DNA from: Deltaproteobacteria bacterium
GTDB taxonomy: Bacteria; Myxococcota; Kuafuiibacteriia; Kuafuiibacteriales; Kuafuiibacteriaceae
Length of the DNA stretch: 64,000 nucleotides
Direction: 5' to 3'
Assembly: GCA_040218735.1 (NCBI GenBank)
Contig: JAVJQW010000008.1
Location: 128,001-192,000 of the forward strand
A program made the translations under genes and the position numbers. Each line of letters opens with the position of its first letter. Position 1 is the first letter of the stretch. The notes beneath the pieces are model-generated. The model did no database searches, was not told where the DNA came from, and worked only from the letters and a program-made list of their open reading frames with translations. Below are positions 1-8,357 of this stretch, piece by piece.

Positions 1-1618
1 GGCCGAAGATGGCCACCGGCAGCGGCTCGCCCTCGTCGTGGCCGCGGGGGATCGACATCGTGAAGTGGATCTTCTTCAGGTCGAACCGACGGTCCTCGCG
101 GCGCGACCGCGACACCGGGTCCATGAAGTCCGGCGTGATGATCGTCCCGTGCACCACCTTGGCGACGCGCAGCAGCGTCAGCGAGGAGAGCGGGAAGTCG
201 AGCGCCGCCTGGATCGGCGACACCTCTTCGATGTCCATCGGATCGACCGGCGTCTCCGCCGTCGCGGCTGCGTCGCGCGCCTGCCGCATCTTCTCGTAGA
301 CGGACATCGTCTTGAACGACCACGCCGCCGCGACCTCGGTGCGATCCAACGCAAGACGATCCAGCGCGCCGACCGTTCGGCTGCGAACGAACTCCACCCG
401 CGCCGCGGTCTCGCCGTCGAGGGTCCCGAGGTCGGAGCGCCCGTCGACGAACACCGGCGCGTCGAGCATCGCGAGTGTGCCGGGGAGCATCGGGACGAGC
501 GGCTGGCCCTCGGTGTCGAGCAAGCCGGTCGTCACGACGACGACGTGACGCGTCGCGGGCTCGAGCGGCTTGCCGGGGAGCTCGATGGTGATCGACTGGT
601 CGCGCGTCCGCGTGCGCAGCTCGATCTCGACCTCCTCCACGTCGCCGTCTTCGGGCACCGCGTACAGACGCACCGTCTCGGGCGTGAGGGTGCTCGGATC
701 GATCGGGTCGGTGAGCTCGAACGTCAGGTTCGCCGACAGCGCGAACCCGTCCAGCGTCCGCAGGTCCGTCTTGATGTTCTTGAACATCTCGGAGTCGTCG
801 TCGTGGATCGGAATGTCGATCAGCCCGCTCCCCGGGTCGCGGAGGAAGTCGGAGGGCAGCGGCATCTTCCCTTCGTCGGAGTCCATGACGATCGCGGTGC
901 GCGCGCTGACGGTGAACGACCACAGCGACACGACCTCCTCACGCGGGACGCCGAGCGACTCGAGGTGCTCGAAGTACGGGGCGAGCTCGAGTCGGATCTC
1001 CTCGAGTTTCTCGGCCGCCTCCTCGCGCTCCTCGACGGTGTCGCCGGGCAGCGCGTTGACGTGATCCGTCAGCGGCTCCTCGAGGCGGAGGAAGTAGAAC
1101 GCGGCGTCGGCCACGACCTCTTCACCCTCGGCGCCGCGCAGGCCGCGCTCGCCGCCGAGCGCGACGGCGAAGTACGAACGTCCGCGCGTCCACCGACCGG
1201 CGGTCGGGTGGGCGAGGAGTTTCTTCGGGCGGAACTCCGTGTCGCCGTCGACATGGACCTCGACGCTCTTGATCCCCTCCGGGGCGATCTCGAAGACCCG
1301 CAAGTTGTCTTGCGTGACGCTGCGCTCGTCGAGCGGCGCGGTGAAATTCACCTCGGCGTCCATCTCCGGGGGCCACGCGTCGCGCGAGTTGAGCGCGTGG
1401 ATGAACGCGATCTCCGCGGGCGTCTTTTCCTCGAGGTCAGTCGGTTCCGCCGGGATCTGAAGCTGGGGGATCGCGGCGTCGCGCAGGATGTCCGTCGGGC
1501 GTGGGATCTCCCCGGCGTTCGGGTCGAACACCGCCCGTACATAGTCGGGCTCGACACTCGGTGCTTCGAGCGCGCAGCCCAGAGCGAGGGAAGTCAGTGC
1601 AATCGCGGCCTTCCTCAT
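1..1618 (-). CDS. Secreted lipoprotein, lipase-like alpha/beta-hydrolase (Pla-1/cef-like), 3'-truncated by the window edge
   Basis: Absent from the ORF track because no stop falls inside the window. Manual translation gives MRKAAIALTSLALGC (lipobox), DPNAGEIPRPTDILRD and, in the same frame at the edge, GEPLPVAIFG, resembling the PVxIFxHG oxyanion strand. Confidence 0.6.
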   Translation of the reverse strand, partial: MRKAAIALTSLALGCALEAPSVEPDYVRAVFDPNAGEIPRPTDILRDAAIPQLQIPAEPTDLEEKTPAEIAFIHALNSRDAWPPEMDAEVNFTAPLDERSVTQDNLRVFEIAPEGIKSVEVHVDGDTEFRPKKLLAHPTAGRWTRGRSYFAVALGGERGLRGAEGEEVVADAAFYFLRLEEPLTDHVNALPGDTVEEREEAAEKLEEIRLELAPYFEHLESLGVPREEVVSLWSFTVSARTAIVMDSDEGKMPLPSDFLRDPGSGLIDIPIHDDDSEMFKNIKTDLRTLDGFALSANLTFELTDPIDPSTLTPETVRLYAVPEDGDVEEVEIELRTRTRDQSITIELPGKPLEPATRHVVVVTTGLLDTEGQPLVPMLPGTLAMLDAPVFVDGRSDLGTLDGETAARVEFVRSRTVGALDRLALDRTEVAAAWSFKTMSVYEKMRQARDAAATAETPVDPMDIEEVSPIQAALDFPLSSLTLLRVAKVVHGTIITPDFMDPVSRSRREDRRFDLKKIHFTMSIPRGHDEGEPLPVAIFG

Positions 1619-1728
1619 AACGCGCGGAGTCAAATCGATTCCGGAGTCAATGTCTATCCTGCCGCCGGACGAGAGGACGCGCGTCCACACCTCGGACCGC
1701 TGCGTCCAAGGTGGTAGGGTCGCCGGCC

Positions 1729-2052
1729 ATGGCCCTGACGGAGTCGCAGTTCGAGATGCAGGCCGACACCACCCTCAACAAGATGGTGGACGCCCTCGCG
1801 GACCTCGAGGACGACGCGCTCGAGGCGGACCTCGAGAGCGGCGTGCTCAGCCTGCGCTTCGAGGACGGATCCAAGTATGTGGTGAACAGCCATCGCGCGG
1901 CGCGTCAGATCTGGATGGCCGCCGGCGCCACCGCCTGGCACTTCGACTACGACGGGCAGCAGTGGATCGCCGCGAAGTCGGGTGACGAGCTGTGGGATAC
2001 CGTCGAGAAGTGTACGAGCGAGAAGCTCGGCCGTCCCATCCGACTGCGCTGA
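1729..2052 (+). CDS. cyaY: Iron donor protein CyaY (frataxin family)
   Basis: GVLSLRFEDGSKYVVNSHRAARQIWMAA...WHFDY signature; acidic N-terminal helix; about 107 aa. Confidence 0.92.
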   Translation: MALTESQFEMQADTTLNKMVDALADLEDDALEADLESGVLSLRFEDGSKYVVNSHRAARQIWMAAGATAWHFDYDGQQWIAAKSGDELWDTVEKCTSEKLGRPIRLR

Positions 2053-2137
2053 TCATCCGCTGAGATCATAAATCCGCGCTCAAGCCGAGACGGAAAACGT
2101 CGACCTGATCCGTCGTGAAGGGGGACGTCCGTTTTCG

Positions 2138-3331
2138 ATGAGCAAGGCCGCGACCATCCTGGTGCTGGGCGATCCCGGCCCGTTTCGTAAGGAGCTCCTC
2201 ATCCACAAGGAGATCGAGGTCATCTGGGCGTCGTCCCCGGAAGACGCCGCGCGGATCCTCGCCGACACGACGATCGACGCGTGCATCGTCGCGCCCGAGT
2301 TTCGGGATCGCGTCGACGTGCTGAAGACGGATCTCATCCACGTCCCGTGCATCGCGCTGCAGCCGACGAACCGTGAAGCGCAGCGCCCCGACTTCGCGTC
2401 CGTCGTCGAAGTCGAGAAGGTCGACTCACTCGTCGCGCTCCTCTCCGAGCATACCGGCCTGCAGTTCGCGCGTTACCCGCGCGCCGACGTCCTCGCGCCC
2501 GTCACGCTCCAACACAACGGTCGCGTTCATCACCTCGACTCGATCGACCTGTCGCTCTCTGGCATCGCGATAGCCGCGTTCCCACCCGCGCAGGTCGGCA
2601 CGCGCTTCGAGCTGATCCTCGACGTCGGCGAACGGAGCCTGCACCTCACCGCGCGCGTCGTTCGTTGGTTCGAGCACCAGGGCCAGCGCGCCGCGGGGCT
2701 CACCTTCGTCGACGTGACCGAGTCGCAACGCGAAGTGATCGGCGCGGCGGTCAAGAAGGTCCTGCAGTGGGGTGGCGACGATCGCCTCTCCGCGGACACG
2801 CTGTTCGGTGACCTCGGCCTCGAGAACCTCGAGCCGCAGGCGCTCCGCACGCTCGACGTGGCCAACAAGGTCCCGGCGTTCGTCCTGCGCACACAAGACC
2901 TCGAGATTCCGCGGTTGTGCCAGCTGCTCGACGGCGAAGAGATCCTCGCCCCCGATTGGCTCGGGGAGCTCGCCGAAGATCTCACCGCCGTCGAAGCCGC
3001 CGCGGCGCGCGGGCGCCCCTGTCCGGCGTGGGCGCACCGCGTCCTCCGGCTGCGACTCCACCTCGCGCACGCGAAGAGCACGACGCGGAAGGACAAGATC
3101 CCATCCTCGCTCCTCGACGAGGCGTACCGGGTGTTCGAGTCCCTCCGCGACGAGGGCGTGGGTCAGAGCGGCTCGATGGTTGCGCAGATCGGTCGCATCC
3201 GCGCGGCGCTTCTGCGGAACATCGTCTCCTCGCGGAAGAAGCCGCTCCCCGTTCCGCGCCGCGCCGGGTCCGAGGTGAAGGCGGTCGACGCCTCGGAGAT
3301 CATCACCGGGCCGCTCCCCGCCTTCCGCTGA
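2138..3331 (+). CDS. PilZ-domain protein with degenerate receiver-like N-terminus
   Basis: ARYPR...DLSLSG...ARVVR...GLTF PilZ pattern; N-terminus TILVLGD is REC-like. Confidence 0.7.
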   Translation: MSKAATILVLGDPGPFRKELLIHKEIEVIWASSPEDAARILADTTIDACIVAPEFRDRVDVLKTDLIHVPCIALQPTNREAQRPDFASVVEVEKVDSLVALLSEHTGLQFARYPRADVLAPVTLQHNGRVHHLDSIDLSLSGIAIAAFPPAQVGTRFELILDVGERSLHLTARVVRWFEHQGQRAAGLTFVDVTESQREVIGAAVKKVLQWGGDDRLSADTLFGDLGLENLEPQALRTLDVANKVPAFVLRTQDLEIPRLCQLLDGEEILAPDWLGELAEDLTAVEAAAARGRPCPAWAHRVLRLRLHLAHAKSTTRKDKIPSSLLDEAYRVFESLRDEGVGQSGSMVAQIGRIRAALLRNIVSSRKKPLPVPRRAGSEVKAVDASEIITGPLPAFR

Positions 3332-3334
3332 TTC

Positions 3335-5830
3335 CTACGGCGCGTAGCGAAGCGTCTGCACCGACATCTCCGTCACCAACGCGCGCGTGAGCGGCGCGGG
3401 GAGGAGCGCGTCGAGGTCGCCCTCCGCCACGTTCTCCAACGCCGGCAACACGTCCGCGAAGTGCGGGCTCGTGACGTGCTCGCTCACGCCGGGCGGCGCG
3501 ATCGCTTCCGCCGCGTCCACGTCCGAGAAGTCGATCGACGCGGTGTACGACGTGACGTTCACCGACGCGATCGTGTTGGTGTTGTTGCGGTCGAGTCGAA
3601 CCGACGTGTCGTACTGCGTGTCGAGCGAGCAGAAGTTGGCGTTCGTCGTGTAGTCGAGGCAGCTCCAGTTCGCCTGGAACTGAATCGGCGTCGGCGGCGG
3701 CGGGACGACGCTCGGCCACTGTGACGGGTCGGCGACCACGCCGTCACCGCGCGCGTCGTTCCACAACAGCGCCGCGACGGTGATCGCGAACTGCTGCAGC
3801 TCGGGCGTGACCTGGCCGGTGCGATCGAACGTCTTGAGCGCGAAGGCCACGCCGCCGGCGGCTTCGTTGTACGTGCAGGAGAACTCGGGGTTCGCGCCGT
3901 AGCGGGACTGCTGGATCATGCGCGGCCCGGCGCGGCGGGTGATCGGGAACCACGGGTTCGAATTCTCGATCTGCGCGCCGCTCGCGAGCCACAGCCGCAG
4001 CGCGGCGAGCGTCTTGCCGGCCATCTCGTTGCGCGTCACGCCGAAGTCGTTGGCGGCTGGGATCGAGATCGTCCCACTCGCGAGGAGGGCTTCGAGGACG
4101 TCGGCGAGGAGCTCGACGTGTGTTCCGCCCGCGTCGAAGTGGAACGCGTGGATCGTGCGCGGCGTGACCGCCGCGGACGTCCCGAGCGCGCGATCGAAGA
4201 GGTAGCGGAGTCGGAGGCTGCGGAGCGAGTCACCGTTGCCGGCGAGCCCGGTGTAGCCGACGACGTCGTCGTACCAGCTGCCGACCGGGAGGTGGTTCCC
4301 GGAGAAGAGGTAGCCCTCCGGCGGGTCGATCACGAAGGGGTGCCAGTCGAGGCCGCGGATGCTCCGCCAGTCGTTGGCGCGCGTACTGCCGTCGAACGGG
4401 ATGCGGCCGGTGAGGTCGAGGCCCTGCACGACGTTCCGCACGCGCTCCGGCATCCCGAACAGCGCGTGGTAGGCGATGTGGCCGGGGCCAGTGTCGCCGC
4501 GGTCGACGCCCGCGTAGAGCGCGTTGACGGTCGGCGACATCCACTCGTTCAGCGCGGCCCGGTATTCTGCAAGGGAGGTTGCGCGCATCATGTTCAGGAC
4601 GGCGACCATCGTGTGGCGGTCGGGCTCGAAGTGCTCCACGTGGCGCACGGCGAACTCACGGCCGGCGGGGACGTTCGCCAGTGACTCGGTGACGACGGGT
4701 CCGAAGACCGACTCGCGGATCGTGATGGTGACCGGGGCGCCGAACCGAACGGCGATCGTCTCGGTGTGGGTGTCGTAGGTGAGCGTCTGTCCGTCGACGA
4801 CGTAGCCGGTGCCGCGCGGGGAGAGCTCGAAGAGGTCGCCGATGTCGCCGCCGCCGGCGGTGACGGTCTGGCCGACGTACTCGTTCCAGAAGATGATGAA
4901 GCCGGGCGCGCCCGCGAAGCCGACGCCGCGCGCGTTCATCTCCTGCGTGTGCACGTGAGATTGGTACAGCGGCGAGGGACCGTTGAGCGGGAGCTTCGGA
5001 TCCGTGAACAGCGCGCTCTTGCCGGTGGTGAGCCGCGACCCGTGCACGACCCAGCCGTGGCTCGCCTTGAACTCGATCTCGGGGCGAATCTCCGTGCCCG
5101 GTTGGTGGCAGGCGTAGATGCTCCCCGGCGGCGGCCACTCGCCGTCTTCGGGTTGCGGTACGACCGCGGCGCTCTCGTCGATCGGGCGGTCGCAGGGCGG
5201 GAGGGAGCAGCCGTTGCCATCCTCGCAGTCGAGGAGTTTGTTGATCTCCGACTGGATGTTGGGTCCGCCGAACGCGCGACCGACGAAGTCCCAGACGAGG
5301 AGGGCGTCCTCCGGGCGCCACGGATCGACGCTCGTGATGCCCGCCGACGTGAACGCGTCCGACAGTGTGAAGCTCGAGCTCGCGAGGTACGCGTTGACGC
5401 CGTCGGCGAAGGCCTTCAGGAGCCTGGGCGTGTCGCCGGGGAGGCGGTTCCACTTGGCCTGCGCGATGCGGTCGTAGCCGATGCGTCGGACGAGGCTGTC
5501 CTTCGCGATCAGGTCTTGGTTGAAGGCGCGTCGTTGATTGAGGTCGGCGCCGGTCGCCTGACTCTCGTCCTCGGCGAAGTGCTCCGCGAGGCGGCCTTGC
5601 ATCGCGAGGCGTCGATAGTTCATCTGGAAGAGGCGGTCCTGCGCCTGGGCGTAGCCGAGCCCGTACATCGCGGCGGCGGTGCTGCGCGCGTAGATGTGGG
5701 GAGTGCCGGTTTCGTCGCGCGCGATCGTGACGCTTTCGCCCGTGACGTGATCGAGGGTGGTGGCGGTGTCTTCTGCGCCGCGCTCGCAGGCGAGCAGCGC
5801 GAGCGGGAGCAGGGTGAGGATGCGTTTCAT
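3335..5830 (-). CDS. Penicillin acylase family (Ntn-hydrolase) lipoprotein
   Basis: RDETGTPHIYA and YGLGYAQAQDRLFQM; nucleophile region ASHGWVVHG...DPKL; lipobox LALLAC after MKRIL. Confidence 0.88.
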   Translation of the reverse strand: MKRILTLLPLALLACERGAEDTATTLDHVTGESVTIARDETGTPHIYARSTAAAMYGLGYAQAQDRLFQMNYRRLAMQGRLAEHFAEDESQATGADLNQRRAFNQDLIAKDSLVRRIGYDRIAQAKWNRLPGDTPRLLKAFADGVNAYLASSSFTLSDAFTSAGITSVDPWRPEDALLVWDFVGRAFGGPNIQSEINKLLDCEDGNGCSLPPCDRPIDESAAVVPQPEDGEWPPPGSIYACHQPGTEIRPEIEFKASHGWVVHGSRLTTGKSALFTDPKLPLNGPSPLYQSHVHTQEMNARGVGFAGAPGFIIFWNEYVGQTVTAGGGDIGDLFELSPRGTGYVVDGQTLTYDTHTETIAVRFGAPVTITIRESVFGPVVTESLANVPAGREFAVRHVEHFEPDRHTMVAVLNMMRATSLAEYRAALNEWMSPTVNALYAGVDRGDTGPGHIAYHALFGMPERVRNVVQGLDLTGRIPFDGSTRANDWRSIRGLDWHPFVIDPPEGYLFSGNHLPVGSWYDDVVGYTGLAGNGDSLRSLRLRYLFDRALGTSAAVTPRTIHAFHFDAGGTHVELLADVLEALLASGTISIPAANDFGVTRNEMAGKTLAALRLWLASGAQIENSNPWFPITRRAGPRMIQQSRYGANPEFSCTYNEAAGGVAFALKTFDRTGQVTPELQQFAITVAALLWNDARGDGVVADPSQWPSVVPPPPTPIQFQANWSCLDYTTNANFCSLDTQYDTSVRLDRNNTNTIASVNVTSYTASIDFSDVDAAEAIAPPGVSEHVTSPHFADVLPALENVAEGDLDALLPAPLTRALVTEMSVQTLRYAP

Positions 5831-6042
5831 GCGCCCCGGCCAGAGCAACGCGCGAGCCAATCCGCGCGACGTCGCGGGAGGGCGCCCGCGGGAGGGGGCT
5901 GTCCTCGCGCCCTGTCAGAGGCGTCGGACGATCCTGTCGAACGTGTCGGGTGAAACTGTCACCCGCCGTCGCGGTAGAAGACACCGGCGTCGCCTTGGGC
6001 TCCGACCTTTCGCCGCGCCCCCCTTTCTCCTAAGTTGCGCGC

Positions 6043-7740
6043 GTGCGCGCCGCGCAGATCATCGCCCTGTCGCTGGTCGCGGGATGCGCGCTCGAGCCGG
6101 ACGGCGCCATCGGACACGACCCGGTGCCCGCCGGCCTGAGTCACTTCGCGTGGGTGTTTCAGGACGCGTCCGGCGCGCAGATCCACGCGACCGCGTTGCT
6201 CCCCGCCGTCGAAGTCGACATCGGCTTGCGCAGCTTGCCCGAGCCGGGCGCGGATCCGCACGCCGCTGCGACCGTTCGTCTCTACGGATTCTCCGCGGAG
6301 CAGATCATGTCGCTCGGCGCGGTGGGTACCGACCCCGTTCGTTTGAGTGGACCGGGCGATCCTCTTCTCCCGACCCCCGCGTGGCACGTCGCGGGTGACG
6401 GCGGCAAAATCATTCGCCTCGAGGAAGACGCCAGCGCGCCTCCGCTCACCGCGGATTGGATCGCGCCGTGCCCGCTCGACGTCCCAGCCGACGCCGCTGT
6501 GCAATTCTCCTGCGCGACGCAGACGTGTGTGCCGCTCACGTCGTCGAACATGTGTGCGCTCGACCTCCCGCTCGCGGACTGCGGCGCGGTCGACTGGCGC
6601 GTCACGCCCAAGGACGACGACCTCGCCGTCTCGGAGTCGGGCTGCGAAGTGATCGGCGACGCGACGAGCGCGCTGTCGATCGGGTGCGCGGCGCCGCGCT
6701 GCCGAGTCGACGTCTACCCTAAAGCGGATCCGCTCCCCGTCATGCGCATCCCGGTCGTGAACGTGCCGGACCGCGGCGGGGACGAACCCACGCCGTTTCC
6801 TTCGGGCTACCTCGGGGACGCGGCGCTGTTGTCGGACCGCGTCGTCGTCGCCTCCCACGACGGTTTGTTCCTCCCGAACGACTGCACCTCGGACGCGGAC
6901 GGCAAGTTCGAGTTCTTCGCGCTGACGGGGGAGCACGTCGCGACTTCGACGGCGCCCCCGTGTGTGTGGTTCGTCGAGCCGGAGGGCGATGGCTTCTACG
7001 CGACCTTCGGCTCGGACCACTCGAACCTCGGTCGATTCGATCCCACGGGCCAGCTCGTGGAGACGTTCGATCGCATCCGCGATCTCGGCACGCGCTACGT
7101 GTGGCGTGCCTTCATGAAGAACAAACAGTCGCCGTCGCTGAGCGGGCTCGTGTTCGCGCGTTCGCTCCCGGCGTCCAACGCGGTGTTCCTGGAGATCGAT
7201 CCCGTGTCGAAGCTCGTCTACCCGACGCCCGACATCTCACCCAACGCGAACCAGCTCCTCGAGATCAGCGAGACGCGGGTCGGCGCGTACGATCCGACCG
7301 CCAATCAGCTCCAAGTGATCGACCTCGACACGAACACGGTGGTGTCGACGACTCAGCTCATGCGCCTGTGCGACGGCGCCGAGAACATCACCCGCGTGTA
7401 CTGGGACGCGACGACCGATACGTTCGTGGGTGTCTCGGGGGAGCCGGCGCCGGCGGCGTTCACGTTCGACGCGACGCTGATGACCTGCAACCGCATCGGG
7501 TACTCGCTCAGCGCCACGGATCTCGATCGGATCGCGTCGTTCACCGAGAGCCGCGTCTTGATCGGCGGTGTCTCGGCCGCGGGCGTCACCTCGATCGCGC
7601 TCTACGACGCGGTCAACGGGCGTGTGTTCCCGGGTCACCGAACGGCGGGCCGCGGTCCCATCGGAAACATCGCCGTCGGACGCGAGCGCCACTACGCGAC
7701 GCTCCCCTTCACCGGCGAGCTCCTGGTGATCGGCCGGTGA
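6043..7740 (+). CDS. Hypothetical lipoprotein, Cys-rich middle and probable beta-propeller C-terminus
   Basis: Lipobox LVAGC; repeated short beta-strand/turn units in the C-terminal half. Confidence 0.6.
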   Translation: MRAAQIIALSLVAGCALEPDGAIGHDPVPAGLSHFAWVFQDASGAQIHATALLPAVEVDIGLRSLPEPGADPHAAATVRLYGFSAEQIMSLGAVGTDPVRLSGPGDPLLPTPAWHVAGDGGKIIRLEEDASAPPLTADWIAPCPLDVPADAAVQFSCATQTCVPLTSSNMCALDLPLADCGAVDWRVTPKDDDLAVSESGCEVIGDATSALSIGCAAPRCRVDVYPKADPLPVMRIPVVNVPDRGGDEPTPFPSGYLGDAALLSDRVVVASHDGLFLPNDCTSDADGKFEFFALTGEHVATSTAPPCVWFVEPEGDGFYATFGSDHSNLGRFDPTGQLVETFDRIRDLGTRYVWRAFMKNKQSPSLSGLVFARSLPASNAVFLEIDPVSKLVYPTPDISPNANQLLEISETRVGAYDPTANQLQVIDLDTNTVVSTTQLMRLCDGAENITRVYWDATTDTFVGVSGEPAPAAFTFDATLMTCNRIGYSLSATDLDRIASFTESRVLIGGVSAAGVTSIALYDAVNGRVFPGHRTAGRGPIGNIAVGRERHYATLPFTGELLVIGR

Positions 7741-8354
7741 TCGGGCTGCTCCTCATCGCGAGCGTTGGTGTCGGTGTCTCCGTCGTCGACGGCGTGGACG
7801 AACCGACGGCCGACGCGATCGTCGACGCCGTCGCGGAGGCGGTTCGCACGTCGACGACCTCCGCCGTGAAGCGTTGCGAAGGCTGCGCGGAGCCTGCGGT
7901 CGTGTTGCAGCTGTTCGGGGGCCCGACGCTCGTGCGCGTCGTCGCGCGTTCGGTGGGGCGATCCGACGAGCCGCTCACGGTGGACGTCGACCGCAACCAG
8001 ATCGAGCCGGCCGCGTTCGACGCGCTGGCGAAGGCGTTCTTCCCCCCTGCGCCTCCGGCGTTGTCGAAGCCGCCGCCACCGCCCTCGGTGGCGATCGTCG
8101 CCCCGCCCGAACCGAGCACTTCGGTCGCACCGTTCGTGCTCCTCGGGACCGCGTTCGCCGCGGGTACCGCCGCGGCGATCCTCGGCGCGCGGAGCCGCTC
8201 GGCGAAGAACCAGCTCGAGGCCGGGCTGCTCGACAACGCCGAGCTGAATCAACTCCTGGACCAGCAGCGAAACGAAGGGCTGGCGGCGAACGTCCTGATC
8301 GGCGCGTCCGTCACGCTCGCGGTGTCGGCCGTGGTGTGGTGGGTGCTGGATTGA
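7737..8354 (+). CDS. Hypothetical exported protein with Pro-rich linker and C-terminal hydrophobic helices
   Basis: GTG start overlaps the upstream TGA (GTGA); signal-like N-terminus; PPAPPALSKPPPPP linker; two hydrophobic segments. Confidence 0.6.
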   Translation: MIGLLLIASVGVGVSVVDGVDEPTADAIVDAVAEAVRTSTTSAVKRCEGCAEPAVVLQLFGGPTLVRVVARSVGRSDEPLTVDVDRNQIEPAAFDALAKAFFPPAPPALSKPPPPPSVAIVAPPEPSTSVAPFVLLGTAFAAGTAAAILGARSRSAKNQLEAGLLDNAELNQLLDQQRNEGLAANVLIGASVTLAVSAVVWWVLD

Positions 8355-8357
8355 TGC

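Noticed and set aside
38-1717. 559-aa + strand ORF
   Set aside because: Arg-rich antisense shadow of the minus-strand lipoprotein gene; no motifs.
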